Below are positions 1 through 14,226 of a stretch of DNA of 64,000 bases, one piece after another. Made by a program: the position numbers and the translations under genes. Where the stretch lies: contig OZ024751.1 in the NCBI GenBank assembly GCA_964016885.1, positions 26,040,001-26,104,000 on the forward strand, read 5' to 3'. The DNA is from Eledone cirrhosa (Eukaryota). Position 1 is the stretch's first letter. Each line of letters opens with the position of its first letter. Below the pieces are notes generated by a model. It ran no database searches. It was not told the origin of the DNA and worked only from the letters and a program-made list of their open reading frames with translations.

Positions 1-224
<224 letters not shown>

Positions 225-296
225 GATATGTTATTGTATGTTGTGATAAAGATATTGTTGACAGACTGAAACACCAGAGGATATCAAACTGTGATA

Positions 297-994
297 ACAC
301 ACACAAATACATACACACATACATACATACATACATACATACATACATACATACATACATACATACATACATACATACATACATACACACATACATACAT
401 ACATACATACATACATACACATACATACATACATACACATACATACATACATACACATACATACATACATACACATACATACACATACATACACATACAT
501 ATATACATACACATACATACATACACATACATACATACACATACATACACATACACACACATACATACACATACATATATACATACACATACATACATAC
601 ACACATGCACATACACACACAAACATATACATACACATACATACATACACATACATACATACACACACATACATACACATACATACACATACATACATAC
701 ATACACATACACACATACACACACATACACACACATACATACACATACATACACATACATACACATACACACATACACACACATACATACACATACATAC
801 ATACACATACATACACACACATACATACACACACATACATACACACACATACATACACATACATACACACATACATACATACATACATACATACATACAT
901 ACATACATACATACATACATACATACATACATACATACATACATACATACACACACATACATACACACATACATACATACACATACATATACAC
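297..994. repeat. (CATA)n/(CA)n compound microsatellite
   Basis: direct reading. Confidence 0.97.
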
Positions 995-1061
995 TTTGAC
1001 TATATTCCATGATTGTTGTTTATGTTTGTTGTTACTGATATCGTTATTATTCATTCAATAC

Positions 1062-1215
1062 GCCATACTTTGCATCATAGAGTTACGCCCCTTTACGGTC
1101 TGAGTTCAAATCCCGCCGAGATTAACTTTGCCTTCCATCCTTACGGGGTCGATAAAATAAAGTACCAGTAATGTACTGGGTAATTGCTGGCCTTGTTCCT
1201 AACGTAGAAACAATT
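1062..1215 (+). mobile_element. tRNA-derived Nin-domain SINE (octopus type), 5'-truncated
   Basis: GAGTTCAAATCCC B-box followed by gccgag..actttgccttccatccttacggggtcgataaaataaagtaccag, repeated many times in the window. Confidence 0.85.
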
Positions 1216-1224
1216 ATTATTCAT

Positions 1225-2502
1225 GAATAACAAAAGTAACAACAACAGTAACAACAGTAACAACAACAACAGTAACAACAGTAACAACAACAACAGTAAC
1301 AACAGTAACAACAACAGTAACAACAGTAACAACAACAACAGTAACAACAGTAACAACAACAACAGTAACAACAGTAACAACAACAACAGTAACAACAACA
1401 ACAGTAACAACAATAACAACAGCAACAACAATAACAACATCAACAACAATAACAGCATCAACAACAATAACAACAGCAACAACAGCAACAACAATAACAA
1501 CAGTAACAACAACAACAACATCAACAACAATAACAACATCAACAACAGTAACAACAACAACAACAACAGCAACAACAATAACAACAGTAACAACAACAAC
1601 AACAGCAACAACAGCAACAACAATAACAACAGCAACAACAGCAACAACAATAACAACAGCAACAACAATAACAACATCAACAACAACAACAGCAACAACA
1701 GTAACAACAGCAACAACAGCAACAACAGTAACAACAACAACAACAGCAACAACAGCAACAACAATAACATCATCAACAACAGTAACAACATCAACAACGA
1801 TAACAACATCAACAACAATAACAACATCAACAACAGCAACAACAATAACAACAGCAACAACAATAACAACATCAACAACAATAACAACATCAACAACAAT
1901 AACAACAGCAACAACAGCAACAACAATAACAACAGTAACAACAACAACAACATCAACAACAATAACAACATCAACAACAGTAACAACAACAACAACAGCA
2001 ACAACAATAACAACAGTAACAACAACAACAACAGCAACAACAGCAACAACAATAACAACAGTAACAACAACAACAACATCAACAACAATAACAACAGCAA
2101 CAACAGCAACAACAATAACAACAGCAACAACAATAACAACATCAACAACAACAACAGCAACAACAGTAACAACAGCAACAACAGCAACAACAGTAACAAC
2201 AACAACAACAGCAACAACAGCAACAACAGTAACAACAACAACAACAGCAACAACATCAATAACAATAACAACATCAACAACAATAACAACAGCAACAACA
2301 GTAACAACAGTAACAACAACAACAACAGCAACAACAGCAACAACAATAACAACAACAACAGCAACAACATCAATAACAATAACAACATCAACAACAATAA
2401 CAACAGTAACAACAGCAACAACAGTAACAACAACAACAACAGCAACAACAACAACAACAATAACAACAACAACAACAGCAACAACAACAACCACAACCAC
2501 TA
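1225..2502. repeat. (AAC)n compound trinucleotide array with AGT/AGC/AAT/ATC variants
   Basis: direct reading; gives poly-N/L/V pseudo-ORFs. Confidence 0.95.
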
Positions 2503-2850
2503 ATAACTACAACTATGACTACAGCAACAAACACCAAACAGTCCCACAACTATCCACCTTCCCTCCCATCTAAAATCAAAAAAATTTACAGTTCGAAATG
2601 AAATAGAATAATAAATTGAGTCAGAATAATTCAGTTTGAATTATTTAATGAGTATTAATTACTCTGTTAATGAGTTTGTCTTAGTAGAAATATGTGTCTA
2701 AGTTGTTAGAGTGTTCAGCTCAGCATCATAAAGTCCATAGTTCCATTCCTGGCGACACCTTCTGTCGTTGATCTAATCCACATAGTTATACCTGCAGTAG
2801 AAGGGACCAGCATCCTAATATAACGAAAGTCGACTTTACACGCACACACA

Positions 2851-2911
<61 letters not shown>

Positions 2912-2924
2912 ATATATATATATA

Positions 2925-3032
2925 TTGTGGTAGTGTCATTCCAGCGTGCCGTAGAATTCAGGAATGGGATGTTCAATTTGAAAATGTTATTTACGTTTAA
3001 GAAAATATAATAGAACAAGAATAAATCAACTG

Positions 3033-3082
<50 letters not shown>

Positions 3083-3554
3083 TAAACGGAAAAGAAAATG
3101 CTGACAAATTGTTCACAGTGAAAAATAGTTTAATTAGGAATAAGTGAGAATTAGTAGTAGTATTGGTTAGTATTCAATTTTGGTTTTAAGTTTTACCGGT
3201 TGCGCATTTCTAATGCTTTTCAAAAATAATTTTGAGATAGAGCGTCCGTGATGTTTGCTCTAATCCAAACATCACGGACGCTCTATCTCAAAATTATTTT
3301 TGAAAAGCATTAGAAATGCGAAACCGGTAAAACTTAAAACCAAAACTGAATACTAACCAATACTACTACTAATTCTCACTTATTCCTAATTAAACTATTT
3401 TTCACTGTGAACAATTTGTCAGCATTTTCTTTTCCGTTTACCAATATATCATAACTTGTGTGTTACACCTCTATTCTTTTAAATATATATATATATATAT
3501 ATATTGTCAGTTGATTTATTCTTGTTCTATTATAAAACAAGAATAAATCAACTG

Positions 3555-3598
<44 letters not shown>

Positions 3599-3830
3599 CA
3601 GTTGATTTATTCTTGTTCTATTATATTTTCTTAAACGTAAATAACATTTTCAAATTGAACATCCCATTCCTGAATTCTACGGCACGCTGGAATGACACTA
3701 CCACAAACAACTTTAAGCTTTCTGAAGACGTGTGATAAATAATTATGTATTGCGTATGATTTAACAATATATATTGTGGTCACCATATGTAGACTATTAT
3801 AATAGACACAGAAACATATGTTAAAGACAA
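2925..3830. mobile_element. Nested Penelope-like pLTR fold-back insertions in (TA)n
   Basis: 2925-3036 is the reverse complement of 3594-3705; an inner palindrome spans 3079-3444; hammerhead-like cores at 3300-3329 and 3722-3822. Confidence 0.7.
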
Positions 3831-3899
3831 TAAATTCTTTCTCTCTATTCTCGCCGAAGTTTATATTTTTCTTGGTGCATTACTTGCTTATATTACATA

Positions 3900-3989
<90 letters not shown>

Positions 3990-4523
3990 AGCACGGCCGA
4001 TTGAACATGAATTTCGAGACAAGAAATAGGTATTAGTTTAACCACTACCATGCTAGTTGATACATCGATCTCCCATGATCAATCAACTCTCTGAAACGAT
4101 CGTAAAACAAAAAACTAATTAACTACCTACATCTGACTTCTGTCTTTTTTCATTGTTCTATGCACAAACACATATATGTATATATATGTTTGTGTGTGTG
4201 TGTATGAATTTGTATATGTGTTTGAGTGAATGTGTGTGTGTGTGTGTGTGTAAATGTGTGTGTGTGTAAATATTCAAAACGTACTGTCTCCTTTTTACCA
4301 TTTTTCATATTTCTTGTCTAATATATCTCTGTTTCCCTTTTTTTACTTCTCATTCCCAAACATCCTCTGTTCCATCTGTTTCTAGCTTCCGATGAAGGAC
4401 TAGCACCCAAAACCTATGATTCTTTTCCATCTCTATCATGCTTGAAATTAATATTCCATTATTGTATTACATTGTTTTGTCTTTCTTCCTGACTTTTGTC
4501 ATTTATATATATACATCTATATA

Positions 4524-4624
<101 letters not shown>

Positions 4625-4983
4625 TTGAGGTTGGTAATGGCACATGGAATATATAAGAGACAGAATACTTTTTTGTGAAAAAACATATAATTTTATAAGG
4701 TAAGGAAATAATAAAGGGTATAAAAAATGACCGGTTTCGATGGGTCTGCAAAAGCCATCTTTTCAAATGTTGATTAATATTAAGAAAAATTAATAATAAG
4801 AAGAGTTAAAATTTGAGATTTGAAAATTCAAGTATAAAATTCATTGTGGGATTTCACAGTAGTTTTCATCTTGGTAGCAGCTCGTTGACTGCTGGGTGCC
4901 TTTCTGGTAGTGAATGAGAAGTTATTTGGGGGTTGTTTTTCGTTATTTCGTGGGCCGAAATGCGAATCTCGATAATTTATGTT

Positions 4984-5057
<74 letters not shown>

Positions 5058-5582
5058 TATACATATATAAATATATATATATACATATATATATACATAT
5101 ATAAATATATATATATACATATATAAATATATACATATACATATATATATACATATATAAATATATATCTATACATATATAAATATATATATATACATAC
5201 ATATACATACATACATATACATATAAAAAATATGTGTGTAGGTGTGCCTGTCTCTTTGACAATACCTAGCTCGGACGCCCATACCAAAGATCAAGTCTCC
5301 AAGACAATTATGTCACGTTCTAAAGATTTCAAGAATCGTATAGAAAAAAAATGCCAAGTTATTGGTGCCAGACAAATAAAGCAATTTCTTGGGAAATCTT
5401 TCTCTTCAACAGACAGGTGACTAGTTCCCAGGGAATACCTGCCGTGGGTGATTCTTTGCTAATTACAAGAGCTTTTGATGTGTAATGAAGCTTCGATTAC
5501 CAGGAGAATGGAAAAACGGAAATCATTCATCAGTGATTAAGTGGTATGAGTATATATATATATATATATAGGGTGTGGGGGT

Positions 5583-5645
<63 letters not shown>

Positions 5646-5797
5646 GTATATAAATATATATGTATGTATTCAAATTTATACATATGTATATGCCTATAAA
5701 TATGTGTATATATATATGCATACATATACATGTATATGTATACGTGAATTTATATATACTTTGAGATAGATATGTAGATAGATAGATAGATAGATGT

Positions 5798-5885
<88 letters not shown>

Positions 5886-6356
5886 TTAAGATGAAAAGAT
5901 GAAATGCTGTGTAAAATACTCAACAGAGAAAGAATCCATCGTATATCAGTTACGTTGGACATCTTGAAATATATATTTAGACAGAAAACAGATATCAAGT
6001 TGTATTTCAAGACAATATACTTTTCTAGAGAAAACAGGCATCTTATACTTGAATACAATATAATTTTATACAAGAAAGAAAATTAGATGGTGTGAAATTG
6101 ATATATTTCTCAATGAGCATTTAATTACATCAAGGAGAATACAATGGTTTTTCGACAAGAAATCTTTAACAGATCGAAGTCTCAGTCTGCAAGGCGCTTC
6201 TATATTTGATTAGTTCTCCTCAAATGCTAGTATTTGTCACCCGAAAACCGAAGACTTTGTCTTAGGCGTAACATATATCTAAGATATTAAATAAGCCAAA
6301 GGTTTGTATCGGTCGTTTCACGGTTGTCATAAACACCACCACCACTTGATTAGCTG

Positions 6357-6735
6357 GGTGGATGGATGACTTGTGGATGAACGGGTGGATGGTGGGCGGA
6401 GGAGCGGATGGGTGGAGGGGTGGATGGACGAGTGGATGAACGGATGGATAGTGGGCGGGGAGTGGGGGGTGGATGTGCGGGGGTGGGGCGGAGGAGCGGA
6501 TGGGTGGAGGGGTGGATGGACGGGTGATGACGGGCGGAAGGGTGGATGAACGGGTGGATGGTGGGCCGAGGGTGGGGGATGGATGGACGGGGGTGGTGGG
6601 CGGAGGAGCGGATGGGTGGAGGGGTGGATGATGGGCGGAAGGGTGGATGGTCGGGTGGATGGTGGGCGGGGGTGGGGGACGGATGGACGTGGGTGGTGGG
6701 CGGAGGAGCGGACGGGTGGATGGGTGGATGGACGG
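6357..6735. repeat. G-rich degenerate (GGGTGGAT/GGCGGAGGAG) repeat
   Basis: direct reading. Confidence 0.85.
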
Positions 6736-6837
6736 ATAGAGAGATAGGTTGTCCGTACCTTGAACAAGGTCTATTCTGTTGGAATTATTGGGACGAATAA
6801 ACAAAAATGAGATATTAACCGGGGATTGTTCTGCCGC

Positions 6838-7022
6838 TCCCTCTTCGCATCGGTCGCCATCGACACCTCAGGCGTACTTGACCCCCATACAGTCGAGCTC
6901 CTCCACAAGATCGGAATGTCGGTGGCCTGTCTGAGGAAGGAGCCCCGCGAGGTGGGGTGGCTGTTGCAGCAGGTATAGTTGGCCATTGTCAGCCTTAAGA
7001 ACAACGGCACGCCTTTTTCCAT
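6838..7022 (+). mobile_element. Decayed CRE-clade non-LTR retrotransposon 3' fragment (restriction-like endonuclease C-terminus)
   Basis: FASVAIDTSGVLDPHTVELLHKIG...RKEPREVGWLLQQV*LAIV resembles CRE 'FxPxAxETxGxW...DPR...LxQRxSxAI'. Confidence 0.65.
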
Positions 7023-8758
7023 CAAATGGAGGGTATTAGAAAGATCTACTGCCTACGTAAATGGGTCGACTTTATAATTCTGAAAAATGATATATACTCT
7101 CACAATTAGCTTCAGATAAACACTGCCTCAACACACGGCTTCATTGCTTTGACGGTAGTCTTCATGAGAAGAAGTATATTTTGAGTAAATAGCTTAGAGC
7201 TGACTAACATGTCTAGAAGTATACTTTAATTTACCGACTATTTTGTATATCAAGGATTCTTTGAGTCAACTGGAAATAATATTCTTTTTTTATTCAATCT
7301 TGACTGTGGTCTCTCAAGAGTTACCTCCCATGATCTTACCTTCTAATTAAAAAGAAACCCTTTTTTCTAAATAATTTGTTTAAATGCTAAAGGGATTTTC
7401 TCTCAGAATAACATCAAAACATTTATTTGTACCGGTTTCAGCTTGTAGGCTTTTTAACATGACATGAAGTGTATAATTCAATTAAATTGCATATTAATAA
7501 GAATAATAAGAATATGGGGGAAATTTTTTGTTTTTACATCCATATATAGGGATAAAAGTTCACATTTTTGTCTGTATCTTTCTTTCTCTCTTAGCGCTAA
7601 CCTTAGCCTTACCAACAGTGGTGGTGGCAGGGAAGAATCAGTTCTGTTTAAGCTGTTGACTTCGACTGTAGTGGTAGTAGTGGAAGAAGAAGAAGAAGAA
7701 GAAGAAGAAGAAGAAGAAGGGCATAAGCCCTTCATCAGGAGAAAAGTGGGAAGAAAAAGAGTTCTGAGGGTGTGAGGCGTGTAGAGGTGGTAGTGGGTCG
7801 ATGGAGGGGAGGGGGTCCGAGTGGGGAGGGTGAAAGGTGGTGTGTGTGTATGTATGTAGGTGTACGTGTGTGTGTGTATATGTGGATGTGAGTGTGAGAG
7901 TTTGGGGAAAAACGAGGCTCCATGTTCGGGTAATAGGAAAATCAGTGTGTACATGGGGTGAGGTGTAAGTCAGTGTGTGTGTGTGCGTGTGGATGGAGAG
8001 GGGTTGGGGGGGAGAGGGGGCGTGCGGAGTCCGGAGTCCGAGTATGTGTATGTGAGGATACGCACGTGTGTGTGTTTTTTGTGTGGTGTGGATACTTGGG
8101 AATGTATGGTTGCGTGTGCGCGAAAATAGTGTAAGTGCTTGTGTGTGATACTAGACCTAATGATAAATTAATTAATTTAATTAGACAATTCTATTGATTG
8201 GTTAATTATTTATGTTTGTTTAATAACGTCTAACCAAGAGCTTCTTATTCGGTTTGTGAAATGGAATCAATTCCTTTGTTCACACTTTGAATTTGCCCGC
8301 CAAAAATCTGGGATTACTTCCCTTGTTGGGAAAAAGCACGTGATAGTGAAACATTGACTGCTACCATTCGTAGTAGCCTACTGCTACACTTCACACCGGT
8401 TCGAGGCACAGAACGGAAATCTGTTGATAACGCGAGTCCACAGTTTGGTCATTGAATACCACAAACTTGCATATTGCGCAAGTAGGATTGTTGATTTTGG
8501 ATTCATAGAAACCTATCGGGGGTATTGCACAATACAATTCGAGACGGTCTAGGTTTGTTATCTAACCTGATTGTATTTTCGTTGCTTTGGTATTATGTGG
8601 CTAGGCTCACCTGCCGCAGTTTTCAATTTGTCACGCTATCTAATGTATTTTAATTACTCTAAGGTGACACAACCTTATCGAGTGCTTTGCTGCACATTCC
8701 TGATTGTATATCGTTAGCTTTGCCACAGCCAAAACTTCGATTTTACTAAACTTCCATT

Positions 8759-8841
<83 letters not shown>

Positions 8842-9155
8842 TAAACAGAAATAACAACACAATCGGTACAGTATATGGAAGGGATATATTTGGTTAACGT
8901 TTGATATAGCAGGAAGAGGGTCTTAACGTTTTGGACGCTAGCCCTTCATCAGAATAAAGAATGAGAAATAAGATAGATTGAGGGGTCGGGCGGGTTTGAA
9001 CTGGAAAAAATGTCCTTAGATAAAAATAACAGGTCCATTCATGTTGACATCTCTTATCTCTCTATATATATATACACATCTAGATATATATATATATATA
9101 ATCATACATATGTGTGTGTACGTGTATGAGTGGGTGTTTATATATATATATTATG

Positions 9156-9762
9156 TCAGGTCACCAGTTGGTGCTACTGGTAACATGTATCCCAGTACAA
9201 CCTGTCTCCTGGTCGGGTCGTTGGCGACTAAACTGGCAACCCCACCAAGGTTTCTTGGTGAGGAGGGTGACTTTGGACATCCTGCAGGACTAAAAACAAA
9301 ACCTGTCAAAGGGCAAAGGAGCTCTTAAGAGTCAATGGCCATCTAAAATCACCGGGAGAGATGACCCCTTAGCCTTTGTCAAAGCAGAATTCTAGGAGAA
9401 GGAAAACTCTGATATAACACCTGCAGCCCTGATGATATCCAATGATGTTGACTTGTTCTTCTTTTTTGGTAAATATCATCTTGGTTAAGAGAGTGGGACT
9501 GGCTTTGTGCAGTGCCATTGCTCACTATAAAAGCTTCACGGCACAGGCATTGCTTTATATCTGGAGATCTCTCTGCACTTGTCGTCACATGGTACCATGG
9601 TACCAGCACTATGTGTCAATAATTGTCACAAGTGTAGTGTTTGTACCAGAGTTTTCAAGTCGCTAGCTGGACTAAAAAGTCACACTCGTTCAGCGCATCA
9701 GTAGGGGTTCTCCTACATGGATATAAAGTAGTGGCCGTACTCGAAAACGAGTTGGCAACCAC
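9156..9762 (+). mobile_element. ~600 bp RTE-derived non-autonomous short element
   Basis: 3' part encodes a C2H2-like remnant CSVCTRVFKSLAGLKSHTRSAH and an RTE-type tail stem-loop (ctcgaaaacgag); homologous copies at 44320-45010 and 60850-61400. Confidence 0.75.
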
Positions 9763-9910
9763 CATATGTGTATATATATATATATATACAATAACAACAA
9801 CAGCGAGAACAATGATTATATTCATATTTTCTTTATTTGCCACAAACGAAGAGGAGACATTACAAAGACAACAGAAAAACCCATTAAAGTGAAATATGTG
9901 TTACCCAGAC

Positions 9911-9941
<31 letters not shown>

Positions 9942-10098
9942 CATTATATATGTTTATATATATATATATATATAAATATATAAACATATATATACATATA
10001 TATAAACATATATATACATATATAAACATATATACACACATATATATATATATACATATATATACATATATATATAGAGAGAGAGAGAGATAGATATA

Positions 10099-10176
<78 letters not shown>

Positions 10177-10177
10177 C

Positions 10178-10223
<46 letters not shown>

Positions 10224-10234
10224 CATATATAAAC

Positions 10235-10292
<58 letters not shown>

Positions 10293-10483
10293 ATTTGCGA
10301 GAATCTATAATATTTGAATATATTAATCCACATACATAGTGTGTGTTATGTAGAAGTATTGTGTAACTGGAGACATGACATCACTGTTATACCAGTTGTA
10401 CTCATCCAAACTTAGGGACCAGTTAAAAATGGAATGTATTTCGTTCATAAAAATATATAGAGAGAGAGAGAGAGTAAAAGAGA

Positions 10484-10537
<54 letters not shown>

Positions 10538-10571
10538 CAAAATGTTAACAAATGAAAAATATTCTCATAAT

Positions 10572-10610
<39 letters not shown>

Positions 10611-11116
10611 CTGTATATAATTATACATAAGATACGGGTAATATTGTGTATTACCCAATTACCAGTAAGAAAATTAGCTCAATGTAAAAATACCAGATAT
10701 ACTACAGAGCAGAAATACAACATAGCAAACAAACACATTTTTGTTTAATGCATTTAATTGATAACAATCGTTTCTTCCAGACAAATGTCTGGAAACATCA
10801 GAGAATATACAATGTGAAAATAAATAATATAATGTTTTATAAGTAATATTCCTTGCATATATCATATAACTTCAACACAGTTTTTGTTTATAACACTTTA
10901 TAATACTTTATTACTATATTTTCATTATAATGTTCTTTTGCTCTTACTCTTCAATATATTGTAACTGACATTAATAATTATAATTAGTCTTCTCAAATAT
11001 AATGTATCTTATTTGTTTTAACATTGTATATATTCCTATAGTCCCGGACATATGTCTGGAAGAAACGATCGTTAGCAATTAATTGCATTAAACAAAAATT
11101 TGATTGTTTTCTATGT

Positions 11117-11149
<33 letters not shown>

Positions 11150-11554
11150 TAATTAAAGGTTAATTAGTCTCTAATACCCAAACATCTCAATTTTTCTCCC
11201 CCGAAGAGTATGGTGGATTCTTCAATTATTGGTATTTCCAATAATAAGTCTTCCCCATATGAAACCATGGTAAGGAGATCTATATAGAAGCGAAATTAGA
11301 TAGAAAGATGTTTCCGTCTATCTTGATTATACTCCCAGAATTAGAGTTTTTTCTCATTTAATTTTAATATATAATAGGTGTGTGTGTGTGTGTAAATAAT
11401 AAAAATTATAATTAGCATAAACAGTTTGGCTCACTCACACACACACGTACATACATACATAACACATACACACGGAATGGACATGTCTATCTCAACGATG
11501 AGTGTTCCCATTGTTAAATCAACAGTACAGCCTACTTGTGTAATAAATGTATTT

Positions 11555-12090
11555 GTACTCAGGGAGATTCAGTGTGGCACGGTGATTGTGGAAAGGATGT
11601 TTCTGTGAATTACAATCCATCTTCTATGATAGTGTATGTAGCTGTGTAGCCAGACACATATACCCTTCTCAGGGAGATTCAGTGTGGCACGGTGTGTGTG
11701 GAAAGGCTTCTGTCAGTGTATGTGACTGTGTAGCCAGACACATATACCCTTAATGTAAATCTCAGGTAGATTCGCCTCAACAAAGTGAGTGACAGGGCTG
11801 CTCCTTTGAAATACAAGTAAAGTCCATCTTGTATTATAATGTATGTGACACACGAACCTTTATTGTAATACTCAGGGAGATTCAGTGTAACACACTGTAT
11901 GACCTAGTTAGACCTTTGAATTATAAACAGAAACTGTTTGGACTTCCAAACAGTTTCTGTTTATCTAAGACATGGATTGACTGAAGGATATGGTAAATGA
12001 CACTTGCCCAAGATGTCACACCATGGACTCGAACCCAGACCTCATGATTATGAAGTAACCTTCTTACCCACTTGGCCATACACACACACT
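11555..12090. mobile_element. Cluster of SINE fragments (ctcagggagattcagtgtggcac motif repeated)
   Basis: motif recurs about 4 times here and again at 62180-62400. Confidence 0.6.
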
Positions 12091-12340
12091 TACAAAATAT
12101 AAAAAATATAAACTTTAAAAGAAAACATAGATGGTGGTGCCCCAGCATGGCCACAACCAACTGATTGCGATTCCTTTCAAAGAGAGTAAAGTTGATTAGA
12201 AGACCCTAGCATGGGCCAAACAAGGGAGCCTCTACTGAATTAGTCCACACGTTATAAAGAGTAGCCAAGTATCTTCTGCCATCTTTAAAAATACGAAGGT
12301 CACATTAGCTAATGAAGGGCATATGTATCCAGTATAGAAT

Positions 12341-14095
12341 AGATGCACCATATCCCAGCATGTCATAAGATGCACCATATCCCTGCATATTATAAGATGC
12401 ACCATATCCCACTATGTCATAAGATGCACCATATCCCTGCATGTTATAAGATGCACCATATCCCAGCATGTCATAAGATGCACCATATCCCTGCATATTA
12501 TAAGATGCACCATATCCCACTATGTCATAAGATGCACCATATCCCAGCATGTCATAAGATGCACCATATCCCTGCATGTTATAAGATGCACCATATCCCA
12601 GCATGTCATAAGATGCACCATATCCCTGCATGTTATAAGATGCACCATATCCCAGCATGTCATAAGATGCACCATATCCCTGCATATTATAAGATGCACC
12701 ATATCCCAGCATGTCATAAGATGCACCATATCCCAGCATGTCATAAGATGCACCATATCCCTGCATATTATAAGATGCACCATATCCCAGCATGTTATAA
12801 GATGCACCATATCCCAGCATGTCATAAGATGCACCATATCCCACTATGTCATAAGATGCACCATATCCCAGCATGTCATAAGATGCACCATATCCCTGCA
12901 TGTTATAAGATGCACCATATCCCAGCATGTCATAAGATGCACCATATCCCTGCATATTATAAGATGCACCATATCCCTGCATGTTATAAGATGCACCATA
13001 TCCCAGCATGTCATAAGATGCACCATATCCCTGCATGTTATAAGATGCACCATATCCCAGCATGTCATAAGATGCACCATATCCCTGCATGTTATAAGAT
13101 GCACCATATCCCTGCATGTTATAAGATGCACCATATCCCAGCATGTCATAAGATGCACCATATCCCTGCATGTTATAAGATGCACCATATCCCTGCATAT
13201 TATAAGATGCACCATATCCCTGCATGTTATAAGATGCACCATATCCCACTATGTCATAAGATGCACCATATCCCAGCATGTCATAAGATGCACCATATCC
13301 CTGCATGTTATAAGATGCACCATATCCCTGCATGTTATAAGATGCACCATATCCCAGCATGTCATAAGATGCACCATATCCCACTATGTCATAAGATGCA
13401 CCATATCCCAGCATGTCATAAGATGCACCATATCCCTGCATGTTATAAGATGCACCATATCCCTGCATATTATAAGATGCACCATATCCCTGCATATTAT
13501 AAGATGCACCATATCCCTGCATGTTATAAGATGCACCATATCCCAGCATGTCATAAGATGCACCATATCCCTGCATGTTATAAGATGCACCATATCCCAG
13601 CATGTCATAAGATGCACCATATCCCTGCATGTTATAAGATGCACCATATCCCAGCATGTCATAAGATGCACCATATCCCTGCATATTATAAGATGCACCA
13701 TATCCCTGCATATTATAAGATGCACCATATCCCTGCATGTTATAAGATGCACCATATCCCTGCATATTATAAGATGCACCATATCCCACTATGTCATAAG
13801 ATGCACCATATCCCAGCATGTCATAAGATGCACCATATCCCTGCATATTATAAGATGCACCATATCCCAGCATGTCATAAGATGCACCATATCCCTGCAT
13901 GTTATAAGATGCACCATATCCCAGCATGTCATAAGATGCACCATATCCCTGCATGTTATAAGATGCACCATATCCCTGCATATTATAAGATGCACCATAT
14001 CCCAGCATGTCATAAGATGCACCATATCCCAGCATGTCATAAGATGCACCATATCCCTGCATGTTATAAGATGCACCATATCCCAGCATGTCATG
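12341..14095. repeat. 27-bp minisatellite, ~65 copies (gatgcaccatatcccagcatgtcataa and variants)
   Basis: direct reading; abuts an RTE/SINE tail at 14130-14190. Confidence 0.97.
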
Positions 14096-14226
14096 AGAAG
14101 CAACTAAAGGGGCTGGGCTCAAAATATCCCGTCCAACCCATGCCAGGATGAAGAAGTTGTCGTGAAAACGATTATGATTATGGTGATGATTAAGTCGAGT
14201 TAGACAACATTATCTAATACATACTA

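Noticed and set aside
8285-8345. E2F-like (tttgcccgccaaaa) and E-box (cacgtg) motifs suggesting a promoter
   Set aside because: Short motifs with no associated first exon or gene that I can identify
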